From: a virus
Taxonomy: Duplodnaviria; Caudoviricetes
Length of the DNA: 56,111 nt
Virus record (IMG/VR): IMGVR_UViG_3300025771_000033
Location: 1-56,111 of that record
Reading direction: 5' to 3' (one strand)
This document shows, piece after piece, positions 36,270 through 46,132 of this stretch (position 1 is the first letter of the stretch; each line of letters opens with the position of its first letter). The notes under the pieces were generated by a model that searched no databases, was not told the DNA's origin, and worked only from the letters and a program-made list of their open reading frames with translations. The position numbers were made by a program, and so were the translations under genes.

Positions 36270-38699
36270 CTAACTATAAGCTTGTGTCATTACTGCTTGA
36301 ATATTCTCAGCAGTATTATCAGAAGAAACAGATACAACAATATAATCTAACCTATCCACTGCATTATCAGCCGTTGATAGTGTTGGCGCTGTACCACCAA
36401 TAAACTTAAAACATGCATTATAAGACAGTGTACCAGACCCGCCATCCTGCATTAGCAGAATACTACCAACCTGTCCTACTCTTGCATTAGTAGGACGTGC
36501 CAGAGTATGTGCAGCAGTAACAGAAGTAAAGAAGTTCTGCGCTATACCGAAGTTAAGAGATACAGACGTTACACCATTAATAGCTGTGGTATGTACAGCA
36601 GCAGCCGCTGACTCAGTTAGCTGTAGCTGCCCCTCTAGTGAAGTGTTGCCAGACACTCGCACAGTGCCAAGGAAGCCAGCATTACCAGCAGCCGTTACTG
36701 TGCTAAGAAGATTGGTTGCCCCACCAACGCTAAGAGTAGATGCTAGAGAAACCGCTCCTGCTACTGTAACAGTGCTACCAAAGTTAGCTGCACCACCTAC
36801 TGACAGTGTAGAGGCTAATGAGACTGCACCAGCAACTGTTACAGTTCCACCAAGATTGGTATTACCACTTACAGAAACATTTGTTTTAAATGTAGCATTG
36901 CCAGATACAGTTACTGTGCTATTAAATATAGCAGCACCAACAGCAGTTACCGTTCCACCAACATGCAGGTTTCCACCAACTGTTGCATTGTTAACGGATA
37001 TATTTCCACTAATTGGCACATTCGTAAGATTAGAGCCGTCTCCGTAATATGCACTAGCGCAAACACGAGCATTGGTTGCTTGTAAATTTGTACCAGCAAT
37101 AGTCACCGTACTTGCAAAGTTTGCCGCTCCACCTACACTTAGAGTTGATGCAAGGCTTACCGCACCAGCAACTGTAACTGTTCCTCCAAGATTAACATTC
37201 CCACTAACAGAAACGTCATCTTTAAATGTAGCAGCGCCAACGGCAGTTACTGTTCCACCTACATGTAGATTTCCACCAACTGTTGCATTGTTAACGGAAA
37301 TGTTTCCAGATATAGCGGCACCGCTAATATTTGTAAGATTAGAACCATCTCCATAATAAGCACTAGCACATACCTGTGCATTAGTTGCTTGTAGATTTGT
37401 GCCAGCAATAGTTACTGTACTTGCAAAGTTAGCGGCACCACCAACACTCAAAGTTGATGCAAGACTAACTGCACCAGCAACTGTTACAGTACTTCCAAAG
37501 TTAGCTGTCCCACCAACTACAAGATCAGTTACAGATATGTTACCCTCTACCGTTGTGCTGATCCCGGTAAGGTTTGATCCATCTCCATAGTAAGCGCTTG
37601 CACAAACTCTTGCATTAGTTGCTTGAATATTAGCACCAGCTATAGTTACTGTGCTTGCAAAATTTGCTGCACCTCCAACAGATAGCGTAGAAGCCAGCGA
37701 TACCGCTCCTGCTACTGTAACTGTATTTGCAAAGTTAGCTGCGCCACCTACACTAAGACTAGAAGCAAGACTCACCGCACCGCCAACTGTAACGGTTCCT
37801 GTAAAGTTTGAATTGCCGCTTACAGAAACATTGCTTTTAAAGGTGGCCGCACCTACAACATTGAAAGGCCCACTAACTGATACACTACCACCAGCATGTA
37901 TAAATCCTGATACAGAGATGTTTGTGGCAACACCAAGTTCAGCTTCCACATTTGTAAGATTAGAACCATCGCCATAGAAAAACGCAGCAGTTACATTATT
38001 AACTACATTTAGATTACCGCTTACAGACACATCGCTCGCAAACTTTGCAATACCACCTACGCAAACAGAAGAAGCAACATCCAAACGTCCACTAACTGAA
38101 ACATCATTATCAAACTCCGTCTTTGAAGTAAAGGTAGCTGCACCAGCCGCTGCAAACGTACCGCCAACTGATACATTATTTTTTAGTATCGCTGCATTCT
38201 CTACTGTAACTGTAGACTTAAATGTTGCAGCACCTACAGCCGTTACCGTACTCTGAAGCTGTGCAGCACCTGATACAGTTACCGTAGAACCAAACTGTGC
38301 AGCCCCTCCAACTGATACGGTACTTTGTAGATGTGTAGCACCAGCTACTGTGGCAGTACCACCTACATAAAGATTACCACCTACCGTAGCATTGCTAACA
38401 GAAATATTACCACCAACAGAGGCGGTTACACCAGAAAGATTTGAACCATCTCCATAGAAGGCACTTGCACAAACTTTATCATCTACATGAAGATTTGCAT
38501 CTAATGATACATTGCCAGTAACTCCCAAGGCTCCAGTAATCTGAACAGCATTGGTTGCTACCTTCAGTGCAGTGTTCGTTCCATCACCCGTCTGCACAGC
38601 TTTGAGTGAAGTATTAACGCCAGTATTACTGGTAGAAGAACTAACAAGTATTACCTGCTTATATGTATTTGATATTAGCTGTCCGGTTAAATCACTCAT
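36270..38699 (-). CDS. long repetitive tail fibre
   Basis: G/A/V/S/T-rich repeats; six [FY]YGDGSNL motifs. Confidence 0.75.
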   Translation of the reverse strand: MSDLTGQLISNTYKQVILVSSSTSNTGVNTSLKAVQTGDGTNTALKVATNAVQITGALGVTGNVSLDANLHVDDKVCASAFYGDGSNLSGVTASVGGNISVSNATVGGNLYVGGTATVAGATHLQSTVSVGGAAQFGSTVTVSGAAQLQSTVTAVGAATFKSTVTVENAAILKNNVSVGGTFAAAGAATFTSKTEFDNDVSVSGRLDVASSVCVGGIAKFASDVSVSGNLNVVNNVTAAFFYGDGSNLTNVEAELGVATNISVSGFIHAGGSVSVSGPFNVVGAATFKSNVSVSGNSNFTGTVTVGGAVSLASSLSVGGAANFANTVTVAGAVSLASTLSVGGAANFASTVTIAGANIQATNARVCASAYYGDGSNLTGISTTVEGNISVTDLVVGGTANFGSTVTVAGAVSLASTLSVGGAANFASTVTIAGTNLQATNAQVCASAYYGDGSNLTNISGAAISGNISVNNATVGGNLHVGGTVTAVGAATFKDDVSVSGNVNLGGTVTVAGAVSLASTLSVGGAANFASTVTIAGTNLQATNARVCASAYYGDGSNLTNVPISGNISVNNATVGGNLHVGGTVTAVGAAIFNSTVTVSGNATFKTNVSVSGNTNLGGTVTVAGAVSLASTLSVGGAANFGSTVTVAGAVSLASTLSVGGATNLLSTVTAAGNAGFLGTVRVSGNTSLEGQLQLTESAAAAVHTTAINGVTSVSLNFGIAQNFFTSVTAAHTLARPTNARVGQVGSILLMQDGGSGTLSYNACFKFIGGTAPTLSTADNAVDRLDYIVVSVSSDNTAENIQAVMTQAYS

Positions 38700-38971
38700 A
38701 TTAGATTCCAATATTTATCTGTTGATCCCCAAGTACTTGAAGCCTCGCTCCATGTAATATTTCTACCGCCCGTATCTGGACGAGGATTGAGAATAGCTGG
38801 ATTATCTCTTACATCAGGTACTTGATTTTGAGGGTGGTTTTTCAGATCAAACGCTCCTTCAAAGTCCTCTGGGCATACCAGCATCCCATAGCTATTCATT
38901 CTCATAGTGCGATGCGGATATACAAATCCACAGGTGTCGCACATAGCTAGTGCATTTTTATTACTAGCCAC
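38696..38971 (-). CDS. small Cys-containing virion-region protein
   Basis: CDTCGF..VCPED..HPQ...PRPD. Confidence 0.65.
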   Translation of the reverse strand: MASNKNALAMCDTCGFVYPHRTMRMNSYGMLVCPEDFEGAFDLKNHPQNQVPDVRDNPAILNPRPDTGGRNITWSEASSTWGSTDKYWNLI

Positions 38972-39645
38972 TAGATATACCTTAGTCTGGGACGAAGATA
39001 CATAGAAGCCCTTTCACGATCTTCCTCCATAGCTCTCATAAGAAGTTCTTCATAGTTTGCCTTCAACATCATGATCCTATTTTCAGGAACAAGAGGACGT
39101 TTCATTGCCATGTAATAAGCAAGACCGCAGGTTAGGCACGGCAAAAATCTTTTCGGCAAGTCTGCATTTTGTATGGCAGATTTGTTTACATCTTGAAGTT
39201 CAGATATAATCTCCATCTTCAAAACGTCTGTAGAATTTTCAGGAATAGGCCACACAGATAGAGTGGGATTGTCCCGTCCTCTGCGAATAGAATACTGAGT
39301 AGGACGACCTGTCTGAGTTTTGTTAGGAATAAGAAGATATTCTTCAGGAGTTATACGCTCAAGCTGTATATCAGTATCATCCCTATTAAGAACAACTTCC
39401 AAAGCATCTACAGTAGAAGACGCAAGCGAGTATGCTGTAACACTTGCTGCTACAGTTACGCTGGAAACAGAAGTACTCCATAGAAGGACACCCCTGTTCT
39501 GCCAATCTTTAAGCATAAGATTAATAGAACGACGTGCAGAAGCAGGTTCATGACCAAGAGTATCTTCACCCCCAATCATTTCTGTGGCTTCTTGTATAAC
39601 CTCGTCTATATCAAGGTTAAAGTCATATGTACCTGAAACTGCCAT
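38971..39645 (-). CDS. head-tail adaptor / tail tubular protein (putative)
   Basis: ARRSINLML.DWQNRG..LW, GRPTQY, RFLPCL..GLAYY. Confidence 0.65.
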   Translation of the reverse strand: MAVSGTYDFNLDIDEVIQEATEMIGGEDTLGHEPASARRSINLMLKDWQNRGVLLWSTSVSSVTVAASVTAYSLASSTVDALEVVLNRDDTDIQLERITPEEYLLIPNKTQTGRPTQYSIRRGRDNPTLSVWPIPENSTDVLKMEIISELQDVNKSAIQNADLPKRFLPCLTCGLAYYMAMKRPLVPENRIMMLKANYEELLMRAMEEDRERASMYLRPRLRYI

Positions 39646-40397
39646 TAACTAACCTCATAAGGATTTTTAATATACACCATAGAAAAGTTTGCAGAAATTA
39701 AGTTATTAGAGCCAGAAGATTCTGCCCGTACTTCTAAGTCTGTTTTTTCAGATACTGAAATCGGATAACGTAGAAGAAAATCTGCAACACCGCCTGAACC
39801 AAGGGTCTGTTTCATCATAACTCGAAACACACCGCCCTGTGTACGTTGCACAATTTGAGCAGTAACGTACTGGTTAGAGTTAGTCGTACCAGTAGCAATG
39901 TTGACATGATCTAAAAATCCTGTGTACCCAGCAGGAACAGTCCACAGAGCCATCAGTGTCTGATTCTCACCAAGAGTAATACGAGCATATGTCGTCCCAC
40001 CGTTGGTAATGTTCAGGTTGCCAGTAGGTGCTTGTGATCCGCTGACATAGGCACGAAAGACACGAAGAAATGTCTGTGTAGTTGTAGCTGTACCAGCACC
40101 AGCAAGAGTTACTTCCTGATTAACTTCGTTGTAATCTTCATCCAAACCAAAGACTATTACCTTTACACCATTATCGTTTGCTGGTGTACCGGCATCTGTT
40201 GTTACAGTCATAGCAACGGCAGAACTAGGATAGGCATAAATACCACCTACATCCCAGATAGTTTCTTCTGTACCGTTTACGTCTGGATTAAAGCCAAACT
40301 TAAAAACTGTTTCATGTTCTAGAATTTGACCCCTAGCTACCTGAAGATAGAAAGGCTCGTGAATGCCTCTAGCAGTTATGGAGGGAATTGTAACCAT
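39645..40397 (-). CDS. structural protein (putative)
   Basis: LQVARG, KFGFNPDV..ETIWD; beta-rich. Confidence 0.6.
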   Translation of the reverse strand: MVTIPSITARGIHEPFYLQVARGQILEHETVFKFGFNPDVNGTEETIWDVGGIYAYPSSAVAMTVTTDAGTPANDNGVKVIVFGLDEDYNEVNQEVTLAGAGTATTTQTFLRVFRAYVSGSQAPTGNLNITNGGTTYARITLGENQTLMALWTVPAGYTGFLDHVNIATGTTNSNQYVTAQIVQRTQGGVFRVMMKQTLGSGGVADFLLRYPISVSEKTDLEVRAESSGSNNLISANFSMVYIKNPYEVS

Positions 40398-40735
40398 TAT
40401 GTTCTATACCTTTCATAAGCATAAGCAAGAAATCCTGCCATAATACCTGTAGCTAATGCTTCATAAAAAAAGTCACCAAAGTGTGTTGGATGTACAATAT
40501 AATCACTTATTGATGTAAATAAACCAACTATCCATGCTACTATAAAAGGAGACATATTTTTATTAAGCTTTACTAAGAATAAACCTGTTGCTATTCCTGT
40601 TATTGTAGCTGTTTTAGAAGCAACAAAAGCATGATTTAAAGATAAAGATAAAAAGTTACCTTGTACCATCATAGTACAACAAGATATAAAAGCTTGTATC
40701 CATGCTTCTGAAAATTTATTTAAAAACTTTTTCAA
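40397..40735 (-). CDS. small multi-TM membrane protein (AT-rich)
   Basis: Several hydrophobic helices; D..VHPTHFG. Confidence 0.65.
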   Translation of the reverse strand: MKKFLNKFSEAWIQAFISCCTMMVQGNFLSLSLNHAFVASKTATITGIATGLFLVKLNKNMSPFIVAWIVGLFTSISDYIVHPTHFGDFFYEALATGIMAGFLAYAYERYRT

Positions 40736-40736
40736 C

Positions 40737-41135
40737 TTACACTCTATATTTTTTAGTTTTGCGTGCTATCTTTTTGGGCTGCTTCACGAACTGCTTTCCG
40801 GCAGCAGTCCCTTTTCTCTTTGCTTTGGTGGTCGCTGCATATTCCTTTGCCGACAAAGCTTTGATTGCTTTCTCCGGTAGGTAACGCTCTCCGGTTTTGC
40901 CAGAGGGTTTGCCTGATTTCGTGCGCCATTTCTGCTTGCTCCATTTCGACAGTTTATTGGTAGACTTCTTCTTACCTTTATAAGTTCCACCGGCATCCTT
41001 GTAATACTTAACAGCAAGCTGCATAGCTCTGGCAGAGTGTTTACCACCCATCTTACGTTTTGCTTTGGCCTTTGCCGCTGCCCACTTCTTTGGGTCACGC
41101 TTAGTAGCTGTGCCACCTTTCTTACGCTTAATCAT
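40737..41135 (-). CDS. basic Lys-rich protein (DUF5872-like)
   Basis: HSARAMQLAVK.YK..GG.Y, KWSKQKW, RYLPEKA. Confidence 0.7.
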   Translation of the reverse strand: MIKRKKGGTATKRDPKKWAAAKAKAKRKMGGKHSARAMQLAVKYYKDAGGTYKGKKKSTNKLSKWSKQKWRTKSGKPSGKTGERYLPEKAIKALSAKEYAATTKAKRKGTAAGKQFVKQPKKIARKTKKYRV

Positions 41136-41284
41136 TTCTTGTGTATCTTCTGAACTTCAAAGCTGGCTTTCTTGGAAGCACCCTTATGCGGCACATAGCC
41201 ACCTCTAGGATTCTTCATAAGCTTAAAGCTTTTACCAGACTTCATCCAGTGATATCCTTTCGGAGCATCTACAGATTTTTTCAT
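41132..41284 (-). CDS. small basic protein (50 aa, not in ORF track)
   Basis: MKKSVDAPKGYHWMK...HKK*; coupled to both neighbours. Confidence 0.65.
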   Translation of the reverse strand: MKKSVDAPKGYHWMKSGKSFKLMKNPRGGYVPHKGASKKASFEVQKIHKK

Positions 41285-41583
41285 TAACATCTCCACCGCT
41301 TACGAGCTTGCCTTAGACGGCTATTCGGATTCTTAGCAGCCTTCGGAAACTTCTTCATTTGTCCAGCAGACCTAGCGCAATATGATTTACGTCTTGCGGC
41401 CCTTTTCTTAGACGGGCTTTTCTCAGTAACAGCAGTTTGTAGTTTAGAGCCGGGGTTCTGTCTACGATACTTAGCAACACCCTTCTTAGTCATACCAGCA
41501 CCAGCTTTGGTAGGACGCTTCATGCCCCGACCAATGGTAATGCCTTTCATGTTGCTAGGCTTTCTTTTTCGCTTTACTGCCAT
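41284..41583 (-). CDS. basic protein (DUF6321-like)
   Basis: NPGSKL, RRKSYCARS, PNSRLRQARKRWRC. Confidence 0.7.
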   Translation of the reverse strand: MAVKRKRKPSNMKGITIGRGMKRPTKAGAGMTKKGVAKYRRQNPGSKLQTAVTEKSPSKKRAARRKSYCARSAGQMKKFPKAAKNPNSRLRQARKRWRC

Positions 41584-41744
41584 ATGTATACCTAAATTTG
41601 TTTCCTATATATTCACATAGATCGTTGATATACTCTTGAAAGTCTTCGTAGTCATTCTTATCTGGTTTAGTTCCTGAGAAGTCAATAAGACTATAGTCAT
41701 CGTATCCTTCTTCTACAGACTTATTGTACCTCTCAAGAAACTCC

Positions 41745-42383
41745 TTAGTAACCACGCAGAGCTTTACCGTAGCCTCGTACCTTACCACCCATGCGACGTT
41801 TTACCTTGCCACCATACTTCTTAATTTCAAAACCAGAGGCAATAAGATCATCAAGCTCTTTACCCGTAGGCATCATTTCAGAACCACGCCTTGCGCCCAT
41901 TGCTTCCTCAACCATTTCACGAGGAGGAGCATACTCACCACGTTTAAGCATACCAGACTTACCAAGACGGCGACGTGCGGCAGGAGACATTTCTTCTTTA
42001 CGTGGGGTGGGAACTTTTGAAAGAAGCGGACCTTGTTCTACTTCCTGTCCTTTAGGTCCAGTGGCACGACGCTTAGGAAGAATATCTGACGATCCTTCTC
42101 GCATCTCTCTCTGCTGTTCACGCCTTAACTTTGCAAGCTCTTTATTTTCAGCAGGAGTTCGTTTCACTCTAGGCTGTTTTTTCTCTTTAGGCGTCTCTGC
42201 TTCTTTAGCTTCTTTGATAAACCTCTTCTGCTTTTCTTCAGGAAGTTTTTTAAACTCCCTAAGAGACATGCCAGCCTGTTTAGCACCAGCCCTTTGAGCA
42301 GGAGTTGCGGCTTTGGCACCACGAGGCCTGCGCTGACGGCCAACACGCTTTGTAACCTCAGTTGCTACTTTTCTTGATGACAT
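41745..42383 (-). CDS. basic protein with GG motifs
   Basis: K/R-rich; KYGGKV, RMGGKV, RGYGKALRG. Confidence 0.65.
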   Translation of the reverse strand: MSSRKVATEVTKRVGRQRRPRGAKAATPAQRAGAKQAGMSLREFKKLPEEKQKRFIKEAKEAETPKEKKQPRVKRTPAENKELAKLRREQQREMREGSSDILPKRRATGPKGQEVEQGPLLSKVPTPRKEEMSPAARRRLGKSGMLKRGEYAPPREMVEEAMGARRGSEMMPTGKELDDLIASGFEIKKYGGKVKRRMGGKVRGYGKALRGY

Positions 42384-42386
42384 AAT

Positions 42387-42575
42387 TTAACCCTCTACTT
42401 TAAAGGCTTTGCCCTCGTTGTAGTCTTCGTCAACTACAACATCTTGAGGCGGTCCCATTACCTGCGGCCCTTTACGTGCAGCACCATAGCCCTGTCCAGT
42501 AGGACGGCCCACAATTTTATTAAGATCATGAGGACGATTAATCAACGTCGTTCGCATTTGCGGTGAGTCAGACAT
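42387..42575 (-). CDS. small hypothetical protein
   Basis: AGGAG RBS; GQGYGAARKG. Confidence 0.6.
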   Translation of the reverse strand: MSDSPQMRTTLINRPHDLNKIVGRPTGQGYGAARKGPQVMGPPQDVVVDEDYNEGKAFKVEG

Positions 42576-42758
42576 TTACTTTCTCCTTTTGCGTTTCTTA
42601 CGCCGTGCCTCGCTAAGTGCAATGGCTACAGCCTGTTTCCTATTTGTAACTTTTCTGCCAGAGCTACTTTTAAGTTTACCCCGTTTGTATTCGCCCATTA
42701 CTTTCTTTACTTTACCGGGGCGAGTGACTTGTTTTCGTATGCTAGAGCGATTAGTCAT
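42576..42758 (-). CDS. small basic protein (DUF6496-like)
   Basis: KVKKVMGEYKRGKLKSSSG.KV..RKQAVAIALSEAR. Confidence 0.75.
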   Translation of the reverse strand: MTNRSSIRKQVTRPGKVKKVMGEYKRGKLKSSSGRKVTNRKQAVAIALSEARRKKRKRRK

Positions 42759-43476
42759 AACAAGCGTTTACAAGGTCTTGTCCGCTCATATTATTTTTAA
42801 TAACCTTACCGCTATGTTTGCGTTTGTAAACTTTACCACCACCCATTTTCTTTTTCTTTTTAGCCTGAGCTTGTGCAGAAAGTTCTTTCGGAACAGAAGT
42901 ATAATCTTCCATCATGCTTTCGCTAACTTTCTTTCCTTTTTTAGCAAATCCCATTCTATTACGAACAGGCTTAGGAAGTTCAGCAACGCCCGGATTTTTA
43001 GCTTTGTCTACAGGTTTTAGTGCGCCACCACCAGCCATTTTCTTTTTCATGTAGCCACCACTCTTCATTGGGGTCATTCCCCTATCTTTAAAGACAGAGT
43101 AAAACTTACTTTTATTACCTTTTAGTCGTTCGGCTCTTTTAGCACCTGCGGTTAGCCCATCATATTCTTCAGCTAGTTTTGCCTTTTTACTTTTAAGAGA
43201 AGACTCTCTCTTAACCATACCAGCAGCCTGCGGCTTATTAGGTTCAAACTGTTTAGCATCCATATTATAATTTCTTTTGGGTTTGCCATTACTTTTTGGC
43301 GCAGCCTTTTTAGCTCTTTTCCCAGCAGCCTGCATATCTTCAAGTTTTTTTGGGTCAGTTTTAGGACCAGTTTGAAGTTTTCTCTTGCGTCCTTTTAGTC
43401 TTTTAGCTGCATCTTCTGGACTAATAATTTTACCTATTTGTTTACCAACAGTAGATGCGATTTTTCTTCCAGCCAT
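42751..43476 (-). CDS. basic Lys-rich protein with GG motifs
   Basis: MKSGG, MAGGG, MGGGKV; NPG...LP..VRNRMG. Confidence 0.65.
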   Translation of the reverse strand: MAGRKIASTVGKQIGKIISPEDAAKRLKGRKRKLQTGPKTDPKKLEDMQAAGKRAKKAAPKSNGKPKRNYNMDAKQFEPNKPQAAGMVKRESSLKSKKAKLAEEYDGLTAGAKRAERLKGNKSKFYSVFKDRGMTPMKSGGYMKKKMAGGGALKPVDKAKNPGVAELPKPVRNRMGFAKKGKKVSESMMEDYTSVPKELSAQAQAKKKKKMGGGKVYKRKHSGKVIKNNMSGQDLVNACYD

Positions 43477-44156
43477 TAACTTGCTCCTTGTATAATTGTG
43501 TTAGGTCCACCAGCAGGAGAGCCAGCAACTGCCATATCATCCTGTCTGCTGCGACGTGCTTGATTTCTAAGTTGATCTATTGCGGTCTGATACTGCTGCT
43601 GCCAAACAGGAAGGGTATTCCAATCTTTCATATACATGGTTGCCTCTACCATGCAGCCAGCAAAGAGAGCATCATAACAATATTCGCTAAAGTAGTTTGT
43701 AGTTGTCACGCTAGTTCCCGTAGCAGAAGCAAGGGCAAGCGGCTGTGATTGTGATTCAACTTCTACTGTAAGAACCGACACTGGTGTAGGCACTATACGA
43801 ATAGAAGAATTAGTTCTGCGACTATAATACCGAGGCGTTCCAGTAGAGGCGCTCACCGGCCAGTAGTCATTTACATATTCATTTGTTCTTTGAAGAAGAT
43901 TAGTCGTACTTGTACCGCTGCTAACTACAAAGTTAACATTACGGATAATAAGAGTACGATCATTCAAAGAAACGGCACCAGCATTTCCAGCCGATACCGA
44001 TACATTGGCATATTCGCTCAGACCTACATCGTCCAAGTCTTTCACCAATCGAAACTCTGTTTTCTTTACAAAAGCAGATACCTGCGTAGAAAACTCCGTA
44101 GAGTCATTCTCCGTTGTATTAATCAGGTCTGTCTTTAGATAAGCATAATTAGGCAT
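43476..44156 (-). CDS. head-tail adaptor (putative)
   Basis: GTPRYY, I.PTP, DALF.G...EA..YMK; position after capsid genes. Confidence 0.6.
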   Translation of the reverse strand: MPNYAYLKTDLINTTENDSTEFSTQVSAFVKKTEFRLVKDLDDVGLSEYANVSVSAGNAGAVSLNDRTLIIRNVNFVVSSGTSTTNLLQRTNEYVNDYWPVSASTGTPRYYSRRTNSSIRIVPTPVSVLTVEVESQSQPLALASATGTSVTTTNYFSEYCYDALFAGCMVEATMYMKDWNTLPVWQQQYQTAIDQLRNQARRSRQDDMAVAGSPAGGPNTIIQGAS

Positions 44157-44158
44157 AA

Positions 44159-44500
44159 TTAATTAAGCATTACGGTAAGAACGGAACCATCAGTGGGCGC
44201 TGAAACGCTAACCACACCATAGACGGCAACTCCCAAGTCACCCATATAAATATCAGTAGATTCGCTGGCTACCACCTGAAACTTAATTGCAGTACCTTCT
44301 GCTGTCTTATTTGTAATCTGCCTCTGACCTTTAATAGCAAAAGAGCCGCCAAGAGTTGCCACAGCATGTACCGCAACAATCCGAGAGACGCTAGGAATAT
44401 TACTATCAGCAGTTCCATTACTGCCAACAGTCGTATCGTCTTCTACATATTTAAGAACTGAGTCACCTGTGGCTATCGCAACTTTAATATTTGAAGCCAT
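44159..44500 (-). CDS. small structural protein
   Basis: AAGGAG RBS before MASNIK. Confidence 0.6.
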   Translation of the reverse strand: MASNIKVAIATGDSVLKYVEDDTTVGSNGTADSNIPSVSRIVAVHAVATLGGSFAIKGQRQITNKTAEGTAIKFQVVASESTDIYMGDLGVAVYGVVSVSAPTDGSVLTVMLN

Positions 44501-44522
44501 ATGTATCTCCTTTAAGAATGAA

Positions 44523-44550
44523 GAGAGAGTGGCCGAAGCCACCCTCCCTC
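44523..44550 (-). terminator. cUUCGg hairpin after the major capsid gene (probably leaky terminator)
   Basis: GAGGGTGGC-TTCG-GCCACTCTC on - strand, with a weak U tract. Confidence 0.6.
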
Positions 44551-44559
44551 ATTTGCTGA

Positions 44560-45477
44560 TTAACCAGCGCTACCAAACCAGCCACGCCAATCCGAGACGC
44601 CGAAGCTATAACGCTCACGAGCCTTGAATCGAAGGTTGCCGGTGTCGAAGTCCGGTTCCATCTTGGTCTGAAGCGGCGACCGCACAAACATCTTCGTGCC
44701 GTTCGGAACGTCCGTCTTAACAAACCATGCGTCCGTGTCAGTGAAGCGACGGTTAATGAAGAAGCCTTCAGGAACCATGCCCATGTGACGGGTCGCATTG
44801 ATGGCGTTCGTATTCGGGTTCGCACCGCCAGCACTCGCCTGAGTGTTGCCCGGCGACGAAAGAACACGATCCGCAACCGCCCAGTAATCAACCGGGATAT
44901 GCAGAGAAATCGCACTAGCACCAACCAGAATACCACGATCATCTTTGATCTTCTGAATGGCGGTAAGCGCAGTTTCAAGCGTAGCTTCCGACAGGTCAGC
45001 CGCACCAAGAAGGTTAGACTGAAGACCATCAGAAATCGTCGGATGAGCCGCAGAGAAGAACGGAGCGCCATCACCAATGGTATCAGTGAAACCATTATTG
45101 TAGATGTTAGCAGCCTTCACCTGCTTGGTGTTCGCCATTGCACGGGCAAGACCCCTTGCACGAAGTTTAGCGAACGTGTCATAAAGATTGTCTTCCATCG
45201 CTTCTTCGGTGACAGCAAAAGCAAGCGCAACGGTTTCCGCCGTGTAGCGAGCCGTGTAGCTTTCCTGTGCGTCATCATAAGAAACCGATGCACCCTCTCC
45301 CTTAGTAGGGGCGGTGCCGAAGCCCGTGAAGAGAACTTCTTCTTCAAAGGCACGGTCAGAATTTTCAATCTCATAGAGAGCCTCATGTTCGTTATTGACC
45401 TCTCCATACTCCATCCCAAAAACGGCGTTAAGACCGGGAAGGAGTTCTTTAGCAATACTAGCTCTATTAATAGCCAT
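44560..45477 (-). CDS. major capsid protein
   Basis: MAINRASIAKELLPGLNAVFG, S.RAFEEE, KARERYSFG.SDWRG; biased codons; AGGGAGG RBS. Confidence 0.85.
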   Translation of the reverse strand: MAINRASIAKELLPGLNAVFGMEYGEVNNEHEALYEIENSDRAFEEEVLFTGFGTAPTKGEGASVSYDDAQESYTARYTAETVALAFAVTEEAMEDNLYDTFAKLRARGLARAMANTKQVKAANIYNNGFTDTIGDGAPFFSAAHPTISDGLQSNLLGAADLSEATLETALTAIQKIKDDRGILVGASAISLHIPVDYWAVADRVLSSPGNTQASAGGANPNTNAINATRHMGMVPEGFFINRRFTDTDAWFVKTDVPNGTKMFVRSPLQTKMEPDFDTGNLRFKARERYSFGVSDWRGWFGSAG

Positions 45478-45492
45478 GATAAATCCTCCCTA

Positions 45493-46107
45493 TTAAGCCG
45501 TTGACGCCGTAGCCGTTACAAAACGGTCACGGTGATGGTTGAGCCATACTTCCACAATCGGATAAGCATCAGAGTCCTTTTCATCAGGGAACTGAGCTTT
45601 ACCAATCACACGAACGGCAGCAGCAGCTTCCGTGCCGGACGCACCGTCCAGATAGTAGCTCGACTGACCCGTAGTCGTGCTGCCCGAAGAGGCAGTGGAG
45701 CTAACGGTTACGTTGTAGTTTTTGACAATAGCCAACTCAGCCGCCGAAAGCGACAGAGAAGCCTGAATGTAATACGTCTGATCGGGATCAGTGATCACAA
45801 AGAATTTAATATCCGTGGCACTCGTTCCGCCCGGCCAATACCGAGAGAACTTCTGCTCGCCATTTTCAACATACTGACAACCCATGAACACTCCAGACGG
45901 CTTGAGCGTCGCAGCGATATACGGAGAAATCGTCGCAAAGTTCGCACCGGGAAGCACCACCGGATCGCCGGTAAAGATGCTATTGGAGGGCGTCTGAGCC
46001 TGACCCGAAGAGGTCAGAGTAATCATGTCGGTCACGGCTTCGTTGTTGTAGCCGCCACCTTTTTTACGAGCAGGAATGAAACCACGAAATGCTTTAGTAG
46101 TAGACAT
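45493..46107 (-). CDS. capsid decoration / minor capsid protein (putative)
   Basis: IFTGDPV, GVFMGCQY, DPDQ.Y.IQ, TTGQS; directly upstream of MCP. Confidence 0.6.
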   Translation of the reverse strand: MSTTKAFRGFIPARKKGGGYNNEAVTDMITLTSSGQAQTPSNSIFTGDPVVLPGANFATISPYIAATLKPSGVFMGCQYVENGEQKFSRYWPGGTSATDIKFFVITDPDQTYYIQASLSLSAAELAIVKNYNVTVSSTASSGSTTTGQSSYYLDGASGTEAAAAVRVIGKAQFPDEKDSDAYPIVEVWLNHHRDRFVTATASTA

Positions 46108-46132
46108 GTTTCATCTCCTTAATTATGGGAGG

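Noticed and set aside
36586-37977. Repetitive + strand ORFs opposite the fibre gene (and similar antisense ORFs elsewhere, e.g. 44785..45504)
   Set aside because: Antisense shadows of biased or repetitive coding sequence, without RBS or motifs.
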